DNA of 21,276 nt from Myxococcota bacterium (GTDB lineage Bacteria > Myxococcota_A > UBA796 > GCA-2862545): positions 1-21,276 of the forward strand of contig JBCCQY010000167.1 in NCBI GenBank assembly GCA_039208735.1, given 5' to 3'. Below the pieces are notes generated by a model that was not told the origin of the DNA, did not search any database, and saw only the letters and a list, made by a program, of their open reading frames with translations. A program made the position numbers and the translations under genes. Positions within the stretch are counted from its first letter, which is position 1. Each line of letters starts with the position of its first letter. Positions 1 through 6,197 of the stretch are shown here, in pieces.

Positions 1-1
1 C

Positions 2-817
2 ACCCTAGTCGCAGCCCTCGTTCAGCTCGATACCCTGCCCGTACCCCGGTTCCTGTACGTTCCCCTGAACGCGCCTCACACGCCATGGACCGAACCTCCC
101 GCCGAGCTGTTTGGCGGGCCTCTACCCCCCGATGCAAGCGACGTCGAACAGTACAACGCAGTGCTGCAAGCGATGGACACCGAACTCGGACGGCTGGTCG
201 ATGCGCTCGACGAGCAGTGGGACCGCACCACGGTCATCGTCATGGGCGACAACGGAACACCTTCGCATGCGGTCTCAGGGTCTCGCGATCCCGACCGTCA
301 AAAGCACAGCCTGTTCGAAGGTGGTGTGCACGTCCCTCTCATCGTGACGGGACCCCACGTGGCCCAACCTGGCGCCGTGTCCGATGCGCTCGTTCACGTG
401 GCCGATGTGATGCCCACCGTCGCTGCCATCGCAGGCGTGCCACTTTCCGGTCCCCGCGATGCCCTTGAACTCGATGTGGGCGATGAGGTCCGTACGCTGG
501 ATGGGCAATCGTGGTTGCCCCTCCTCGCCGATCCGAAGGCTCCCGGAGCCGACCTGATCTACCTCGAGTCCTTTCTGCCCCACGGGGAAGGTCCCCACGA
601 CGGCATCAACCGACGCATGGTGAGCGATGGCGACTATAAGCTCGTCCGCACCAAAAACAGCGAAGCGCTCTACCGGATCGACCCCCGCGACCTCATCGAT
701 CCCGACGGTTCCGACCTCCTCGACCGATCGCTGGATGGGGCAGCCGAAACCGCATTCACCGCGTTGACCGACGCAATGGACCGCCTCGAGGCCGAGGTCG
801 GCTACGAAGGCCGCTGA
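2..817 (+). CDS. Sulfatase / arylsulfatase-like hydrolase, C-terminal part (5' truncated by window)
   Basis: The frame of ORF 161..817 is open back to base 2 (TLVAALVQLDTLPVPRFLYVPLNAPHTPW...). It carries sulfatase-family motifs FLYVPLNAPHTP, YNAVLQAMDTELGRLVDAL, VIVMGDNG, KHSLFEGGVHVPLIV and DVMPT. The catalytic CxPxR motif would lie upstream of the window. Confidence 0.85.
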   Translation, partial: TLVAALVQLDTLPVPRFLYVPLNAPHTPWTEPPAELFGGPLPPDASDVEQYNAVLQAMDTELGRLVDALDEQWDRTTVIVMGDNGTPSHAVSGSRDPDRQKHSLFEGGVHVPLIVTGPHVAQPGAVSDALVHVADVMPTVAAIAGVPLSGPRDALELDVGDEVRTLDGQSWLPLLADPKAPGADLIYLESFLPHGEGPHDGINRRMVSDGDYKLVRTKNSEALYRIDPRDLIDPDGSDLLDRSLDGAAETAFTALTDAMDRLEAEVGYEGR

Positions 818-1422
818 CCGGTCGCCATCTGGATGACCTCCTCCAACACCGGTCCGATGTCGAGGGCTCGAATCTCCTTACCGCCAAGCGGTCCCTGGTG
901 AAGCAACGCCATCACCACTGGCGACACCACCGCAAGCGCCAAGGTGCGAGGGTCTCGGTCGCGCGCGATCTTCCCCTCGCTCTGCAACCGGAGCACCAGA
1001 CTCTCGAAGCCACGAAGCATGGGCTCGAAGATCGCTTCGAGGTAGGTCCGGCCGGTTTGGAGGTCCTCGAGCCCCACCTTGAGCCCCACCTCGTGCAGAC
1101 GACCCACCCGATAGTCTCGCCACCCCACGACGAGGAACTCAAGGGCGTTGCGTAGCGCCTCTGCCGCGGTATCGCCCTCCGCGTATTGCACCTGGCGAAC
1201 GTAGCCTGAGCCGATCTCGGACGCGGTTTCGAGTGCCGCTCGCACCGCTCCATCGCGATCGCCGAAGTAGTGCCGCAGCGTTGGTCGCGACACGCCCGTG
1301 AAGTCCGCCATGGCGTTCAGCGAGATGCCGCCGTCGTCCATGATGCAGCGAAACACACGCGTTGCGAGTTCGGCCCGCTTCTCTTCATAACCCGCGCTAC
1401 GACTGCCTTTCTTTCGACCCAT
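802..1422 (-). CDS. TetR/AcrR family transcriptional regulator
   Basis: N-terminal HTH (SLNAMADFTGVSRPTLRHYFGDRDG), 206 aa, helical C-terminal domain. Divergent from 1515..2806. Confidence 0.9.
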   Translation of the reverse strand: MGRKKGSRSAGYEEKRAELATRVFRCIMDDGGISLNAMADFTGVSRPTLRHYFGDRDGAVRAALETASEIGSGYVRQVQYAEGDTAAEALRNALEFLVVGWRDYRVGRLHEVGLKVGLEDLQTGRTYLEAIFEPMLRGFESLVLRLQSEGKIARDRDPRTLALAVVSPVVMALLHQGPLGGKEIRALDIGPVLEEVIQMATGQRPS

Positions 1423-1483
1423 TGATACAACCGTTCCTCATCCAGAGAAAAAAACCTGGCGATTTCCTATGCAGATTTGTACA

Positions 1484-1507
1484 CCAAGAGACACCGGCTT
1501 CTCTTGG
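1484..1507. promoter_or_regulatory. Perfect 8-bp inverted repeat (candidate TetR operator or RBS hairpin) in the divergent tetR intergenic region
   Basis: CCAAGAGA-caccggct-TCTCTTGG. The right arm overlaps the GGAGA Shine-Dalgarno (1506-1510) of the gene at 1515. The surrounding region is relatively AT-rich. Confidence 0.5.
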
Positions 1508-1514
1508 AGATTCA

Positions 1515-2063
1515 ATGATTCCCTGGCTTACAACTGCTCTGGCGCTGGCGAGCCCTCCCATTCCCGGCGAGCTGCTTCCCACGCCCGAACGGCTTCCGTT
1601 TCCCGACATCGCCGCCGACAACCTTCTCGGCGAAGACCGAGCGTATCCCGGCTGGTATGAGAGACGCACTTCGTTGGTGTTGCTGGTGTGGACCCGGGAG
1701 CAACAGCGGGTCGCCAACACCTGGCTCACCCATGTCGATGCGCTCACGCAGGCCGAGCCTTCGCTCTCGATCGTCGAGCACCCTGTCGTGGCACCGTTCT
1801 ATCGCCTCATCAAGGGCCGGGTGGACGGCTGGATGCGCGGCGGCATCCCAAGCGATGCGGCCCGGGCTCGCACGGTGACGTTGTTCACGGGCGCACAGGG
1901 GTTTGCCGACCAACTCGGAATTGACGATCGATCGACGATTTCAGCGCTCTTGGTCGATGCAAACGGTCGGGTGGCCAAGCAGTGGCGAGGCCCCGCGAAT
2001 GACACGGTGATGGCCGATGTCGTCGCCTCAGTGCAGACGCTCGCGGCCGAGATGACCCCATGA
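1515..2063 (+). CDS. Exported ATP10-like (thioredoxin-like fold, no CxxC) protein
   Basis: ATG at 1515 preceded by GGAGA. Short signal MIPWLTTALALA. The motifs FPDIAADNL, QQRVANTW, DGWMRGGIP and ISALLVDANGRVAKQWRGPA recall bacterial homologues of mitochondrial Atp10 (recognition by eye). Confidence 0.6.
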   Translation: MIPWLTTALALASPPIPGELLPTPERLPFPDIAADNLLGEDRAYPGWYERRTSLVLLVWTREQQRVANTWLTHVDALTQAEPSLSIVEHPVVAPFYRLIKGRVDGWMRGGIPSDAARARTVTLFTGAQGFADQLGIDDRSTISALLVDANGRVAKQWRGPANDTVMADVVASVQTLAAEMTP

Positions 2064-2806
2064 TGGCGACCCTGATCGTGGCGGCGGCACTGGGCGCCCC
2101 CCGGCTTCAGCCTGTCGCCGAGATCGGCACGGTCTGGATCGCCATCAACGACCTGCAGCTTGGCCGCCAGGGCACCCCGCTCGACCTGGCGGAGGAAGCC
2201 GGCCAGGATCGGCTGTTTCCCTCCGTTCGACTCCGCCTCGACCTCGCCCACGGGCCCCAACGCCGCAATCGGTTTTCGTTGAGCTACCAACCGCTCGAGC
2301 TGAACACCCGATCGGTCACGACCAGGGATTGGCGAATCCGCAATCAAACGTTCGCGGCCGGCACCCCAATGGACATCGGGTTTGGGTTCTCCTTCTTCCG
2401 AGCCACCTGGCAACGCGATGTGCTGAAGGCCGAAGATTGGACGTTGGGCCTGGGCGCAAACCTCCAATTCCGGACCTCGAGCCTTGTGTTCTTCGCAGCT
2501 GATGGCTCAAGAGGCGTTTCGCAGCAGGAGTTCGGACCCGTGCCTTCCGTGCTCGTGCGCCTTCGCCGAGACACCCCAGGCGCGTTCTTCGAAGCCGAAC
2601 TCTCGGCCCTCCCCGTGCCTTTGGAGAGTGCGTTTGATGGGTTTTACGAGCTGAATCTCCGCGCAGGCCTCAAAGACGAGCGCGGTTTTGAGCCCTATTT
2701 GGTGTTGCGCGGCCTCGGCGGCGGTTTCGAAGGAGGTTCGGACGGCGCATTTGCCGACAGCGGTTTGCTCGCCTTCGTCCTTGGAGCGGGAGCCGCCATT
2801 CGTTAA
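2060..2806 (+). CDS. Putative outer-membrane beta-barrel protein, unknown function
   Basis: ATGA overlap with the upstream gene, short signal MMATLIVAAALG, and many alternating amphipathic strands (SVRLRLDL, RFSLSYQP, FFRATWQRD, WTLGLGANLQF, YELNLRAGL). Confidence 0.65.
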   Translation: MMATLIVAAALGAPRLQPVAEIGTVWIAINDLQLGRQGTPLDLAEEAGQDRLFPSVRLRLDLAHGPQRRNRFSLSYQPLELNTRSVTTRDWRIRNQTFAAGTPMDIGFGFSFFRATWQRDVLKAEDWTLGLGANLQFRTSSLVFFAADGSRGVSQQEFGPVPSVLVRLRRDTPGAFFEAELSALPVPLESAFDGFYELNLRAGLKDERGFEPYLVLRGLGGGFEGGSDGAFADSGLLAFVLGAGAAIR

Positions 2807-2881
2807 CTGCTTCGGATCGCTTCTAACGCGAGCTTTGTTAGGTTTTCGCTCGGCCGCCCCCCCGGGCCCACCGGAGCTTGC

Positions 2882-3274
2882 ATGAGCGACAATCCCTACC
2901 AAGCCCTTTGCCAATCCATGCGTACAAAGGTGCCAGGGTTCAAGGCAGCGGGCATCTTCGGCTTCGAAGACGGGCTGATGCTCGGTGTCGATTCCGACTT
3001 TCCCGATACGAACCGGGACCACATGTCCGGTAGTCACGTGCGCATCTTCGATCGCATGCGAAGCTTCCTGACGATGCTGCCCGAGAGCATCGCCGGCCAA
3101 ATGCACTCGGTCGTTCTCGACCTGGCGTCGCACACGTTCTTCATGACCATGGACCACGACCACACGCTCGTGGTGATGGTGGCCTGCGACGTCGAGGGCG
3201 GAAACCTCGGCATGCTGCGCGTGATCAGCAAGCAGTACCTCGACCGCGCCCTCAATATCCTCCACGAACCGTAA
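2882..3274 (+). CDS. Roadblock/LC7 (MglB-like) domain protein 1
   Basis: 130 aa. Pattern helix-VPGFKAAGIFGFEDGLML, helix, three strands, then GNLGMLRVISKQYLDR, typical of the Roadblock/LC7 fold. GGAG RBS upstream. Confidence 0.7.
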   Translation: MSDNPYQALCQSMRTKVPGFKAAGIFGFEDGLMLGVDSDFPDTNRDHMSGSHVRIFDRMRSFLTMLPESIAGQMHSVVLDLASHTFFMTMDHDHTLVVMVACDVEGGNLGMLRVISKQYLDRALNILHEP

Positions 3275-3284
3275 GGGAGCCCTC

Positions 3285-3683
3285 ATGAGCCTGATGGACG
3301 TCCTCGACGACATCCGCAAGGAAGTCGACGGCTGCTACTTTGCCCTGTGCTTCGAACTCGAGTCGAGCCTGACGCTTGGCGTTTCTACCGACCGTTTCGC
3401 ATCGGATGCCGACCGCATTTCTGCGGCGTTCGGCGAGGTGATGGGCATCGTGACCGACGGTCAGCGACGAGGCCGCAACGATGCGATTCGTGAGGCCCTC
3501 AACCAGTTCAAAGAGCTCATTCTCGAGACCGACATCTCGACCTTCTTCGTACGCGCCCCCGCCCATAGCAAGCGCTTCGCGGTGGCCGTGGGCGTGCCCA
3601 AGGGCGTGAAAATCGGGTTTGCACGAACCGCCATCGATCGCCACAACCGGTCTCTGATCGAGTCGATTCAGGGCATCAGCTGA
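3285..3683 (+). CDS. Roadblock/LC7 (MglB-like) domain protein 2
   Basis: 132 aa. LDDIRKEVDGCYFALCF...DRISAAF...KELILETDISTFFVR...KIGFARTAIDR follows the same fold pattern. GGGAG RBS, 10 bp after the previous stop. Confidence 0.7.
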   Translation: MSLMDVLDDIRKEVDGCYFALCFELESSLTLGVSTDRFASDADRISAAFGEVMGIVTDGQRRGRNDAIREALNQFKELILETDISTFFVRAPAHSKRFAVAVGVPKGVKIGFARTAIDRHNRSLIESIQGIS

Positions 3684-3686
3684 GGG

Positions 3687-4241
3687 CTACGGCACGAGCC
3701 AGGTGCCCACGAACCGGTCCTCGGCCCAGGTGAACCGGGCTCGCTCGTGGCCCTCCCGGCCCAGCTTCAGGGACTCCACGCGTTCCACCTCGGTGACCAC
3801 CACGGCAAACGATGCGCGGCCCGATCGACCCTCGGCGTCAGGAGGCAAGCCTGAGCTGTACGCCTCGAGCGGCGTTCCGGGCGCCGGCTCCACCCGGTAG
3901 GTTCGCCTCGACGTGGACGGCAACCGATCCCATTCGGCGTCCGCGACCGATGGTTCGGCCATCGTCGACCATCCGTAGAGCCTGAGCTGAACGCGAGACT
4001 TTGGGTCGTAGAAGACCCAGGACAGCCCGTCGAGTTGGTCGAGCTTCGCGGACCGACGATCGGTGTGAAACCACACCTCGCGGGCAGCCCGATCGATGCC
4101 TCGCAGCACCACGATGCGCCCGTGGGCCTCTCCCTGATGGTGGCTGCACACCACGGGCCAGTGAAACCCATGGCGACGATCCCCGACCCCTCGGGTGAGC
4201 AGCTGCCAAGCCTGGTCCAACGTCGCTTCGAGTGTGGGCAT
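3687..4241 (-). CDS. Pyridoxamine 5'-phosphate oxidase-like FMN-binding protein (PPOX class, Alr4036-like)
   Basis: AWQLLTRGVGDRRHGFH, GRIVVLRG, WFHTDRRSAK, FYDPKSRVQLRL and HERARF, ending WLVP. Likely start is the ATG at 4241 (MPTLEATL), not 4331. Confidence 0.85.
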   Translation of the reverse strand: MPTLEATLDQAWQLLTRGVGDRRHGFHWPVVCSHHQGEAHGRIVVLRGIDRAAREVWFHTDRRSAKLDQLDGLSWVFYDPKSRVQLRLYGWSTMAEPSVADAEWDRLPSTSRRTYRVEPAPGTPLEAYSSGLPPDAEGRSGRASFAVVVTEVERVESLKLGREGHERARFTWAEDRFVGTWLVP

Positions 4242-4313
4242 GGGGCCATGCGTATCGATCGCCCAGCCGCAAAACGAGGCAGGTCGATGTTGCTGTGCAA
4301 TCGCTAAGGATAC

Positions 4314-4333
4314 GAGTGAATGGGTATTCACTC
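4314..4333. promoter_or_regulatory. Palindromic operator upstream of acyl-CoA dehydrogenase (TetR-type FadR-like box)
   Basis: GAGTGAAT-gggt-ATTCACTC is a perfect 8-bp inverted repeat 30 bp upstream of the ATG at 4364, in a divergent intergenic region. Confidence 0.7.
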
Positions 4334-4363
4334 AGCAGCCGATAGCGTCCTCATGGAGCATGT

Positions 4364-6133
4364 ATGAACCACTACACGCCGCCCCTCGCGGACATCCAGT
4401 TCCTCTTCGAGACCTTCGAGTACGACCAGGTTGTGGCCACGCTGCCCAACTTCGAAGAGTTCGATCTGGAGACCACCATGGGCCTGCTTGAGGCCTACAG
4501 TGGCTTCTGCGTCGAGCAGCTCCTGCCGCTGAACGCGGTCGGTGACCAGCACGGCGTAAAGCATGATCCATCGGACTTCAGCGTCACGCTGCCCGACGGA
4601 TACCGCGAGGCCTACGAGGGATTCTGCGAAAACGGGTACGTCGGTATGCCCTTTTCGCCGGAGCATGGCGGTGTGGGCGCGCCGATTTCGGTCGCGACGC
4701 TCGGCGGTGAGATTCTGATCGCCTGCAACAAGAGCTTTTCGATGTGCTCCGGGCTGTCGAGTGCCCTGGTCGACTCGATCATCGCCTACGGTGACGACTA
4801 CCACAAGGAAACGTACCTTGAGAAGCTCGTTTCAGGAGAATGGGCGGGTACGATGTGCCTCACCGAGCCTCAATGCGGAACCGACCTGGGCCTGCTGACG
4901 ACGAAGGCTGAAGCGTACGGCGACCACCACAAGCTCACCGGCACGAAGATCTGGATCACCTTCGGGGAGCACAACCTCACCGACAACATCATCCACCTCG
5001 TGCTCGCGCGGCTGCCCGGGGCGCCGGACGGTATCAAGGGCATCAGCACCTTCCTCGTGCCGAAGTTCCTTGCCGACGGCACGCGCAACCCCATCTTCTG
5101 CGGCAGCACGGACCACAAGATGGGCATCCACGCTTCACCGACCTGCGTGATGAACCTCGAAGGTGCCGAGGGCTGGCTTATCGGGGAGCCCAACCGCGGC
5201 ATGCGTACGATGTTCGTGATGATGAACCACGCCCGCCTCAACGTGGGCATCGAAGGCGTGGCCCTGGCGGAAGCCGCCTACCAGTCGGCCCTCGCCTTCG
5301 CGAAGGATCGCCGTCAGAGCCGCAGCCTCGATCCATCCAAGCAGGACCGGAACGCTTCGGCGGACAACATCCTCGTGCACCCTGACGTTCGGCGCATGCT
5401 GCTGAACGTCAAGTCCACGACCGAGGGCATGCGTGCACTCGTGGCCTGGATTTCGATGCAGCTCGACGTGGCCCATCACAGCCAAGACGAGGCGACCAAG
5501 CAGAAGGCCGAAGACCTCGTGGCGCTGTTCACCCCGATCATCAAGAGCTACGGCTCGGAGCGTGGCTTCGCCAACGTAAGCGAGGCCATGCAGGTGATGG
5601 GCGGGGCCGGCTACACCCAGGATTGGCCGGTTGAGCAGCACCTTCGCGATGTGCGCATCGCGATGATCTACGAAGGCACCAACCATATTCAGGCGCTCGA
5701 CCTGGTGGGCCGGAAGCTCCCCATGCACGGAGGCCGCCTGTTGCGAGTGTTCGCCGACGAAGTCCAGCAGTTCATTGCTTCGTCGTCCAGCGAGCCCGCG
5801 ATGGCCGAGTTCCTCGAGCCGCTGGGCAAGGAGTCGCAGCGCCTCACCCAGACCACGATGGAGCTGGGAGCCAAAGCGATGGCCGATCCCGAACTCGTGG
5901 GCGCGGTGGCGAACAACTACCTCAACCAGTTCGCGACGGTGACCCTGGCCTTCATGTGGGCCAAGCAAGTCGCCGCGGCGCTGCCTCGCCCTGAAGACGA
6001 TGAACTTCGTCGGTCCAAGGTGCAGACGGCCCGGTTCTTTTTCCAGCAGGTCCTACCCGAAGCGGCGCTCTTCTCGAAGAAGGTGGCTGCGGGCAAGGAA
6101 TCGATGACCGAAATCGACGTCGCATTGCTGTAA
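4364..6133 (+). CDS. Acyl-CoA dehydrogenase (long ~590-aa FadE5/DmdC-like subfamily)
   Basis: GTMCLTEPQCGTDLG, GTKIWITFGEH, GIKGISTFLVPK, HKMGIHASPTC, QVMGGAGY and IYEGTNHIQALDL. GGAG RBS. Confidence 0.95.
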   Translation: MNHYTPPLADIQFLFETFEYDQVVATLPNFEEFDLETTMGLLEAYSGFCVEQLLPLNAVGDQHGVKHDPSDFSVTLPDGYREAYEGFCENGYVGMPFSPEHGGVGAPISVATLGGEILIACNKSFSMCSGLSSALVDSIIAYGDDYHKETYLEKLVSGEWAGTMCLTEPQCGTDLGLLTTKAEAYGDHHKLTGTKIWITFGEHNLTDNIIHLVLARLPGAPDGIKGISTFLVPKFLADGTRNPIFCGSTDHKMGIHASPTCVMNLEGAEGWLIGEPNRGMRTMFVMMNHARLNVGIEGVALAEAAYQSALAFAKDRRQSRSLDPSKQDRNASADNILVHPDVRRMLLNVKSTTEGMRALVAWISMQLDVAHHSQDEATKQKAEDLVALFTPIIKSYGSERGFANVSEAMQVMGGAGYTQDWPVEQHLRDVRIAMIYEGTNHIQALDLVGRKLPMHGGRLLRVFADEVQQFIASSSSEPAMAEFLEPLGKESQRLTQTTMELGAKAMADPELVGAVANNYLNQFATVTLAFMWAKQVAAALPRPEDDELRRSKVQTARFFFQQVLPEAALFSKKVAAGKESMTEIDVALL

Positions 6134-6197
6134 CGGCCCGCCACTGCCCGCCGGCGGCGTGAGTGGTAGGTTCCCCGCAGAGTGAGCGGGAGATGCC

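Noticed and set aside
1362..1514. N-terminal extension of ORF 1362..2063
   Set aside because: It overlaps the tetR start on the other strand. The ATG at 1515 has an RBS and a signal-like sequence.
4242..4331. N-terminal extension of the PPOX ORF to 4331
   Set aside because: It runs through the operator palindrome and promoter region. Family similarity begins near MPTLEATL (4241).
6134..6197. GC-rich possible hairpins after the acyl-CoA dehydrogenase
   Set aside because: Imperfect stems with no U-tract, so I cannot support a terminator call.
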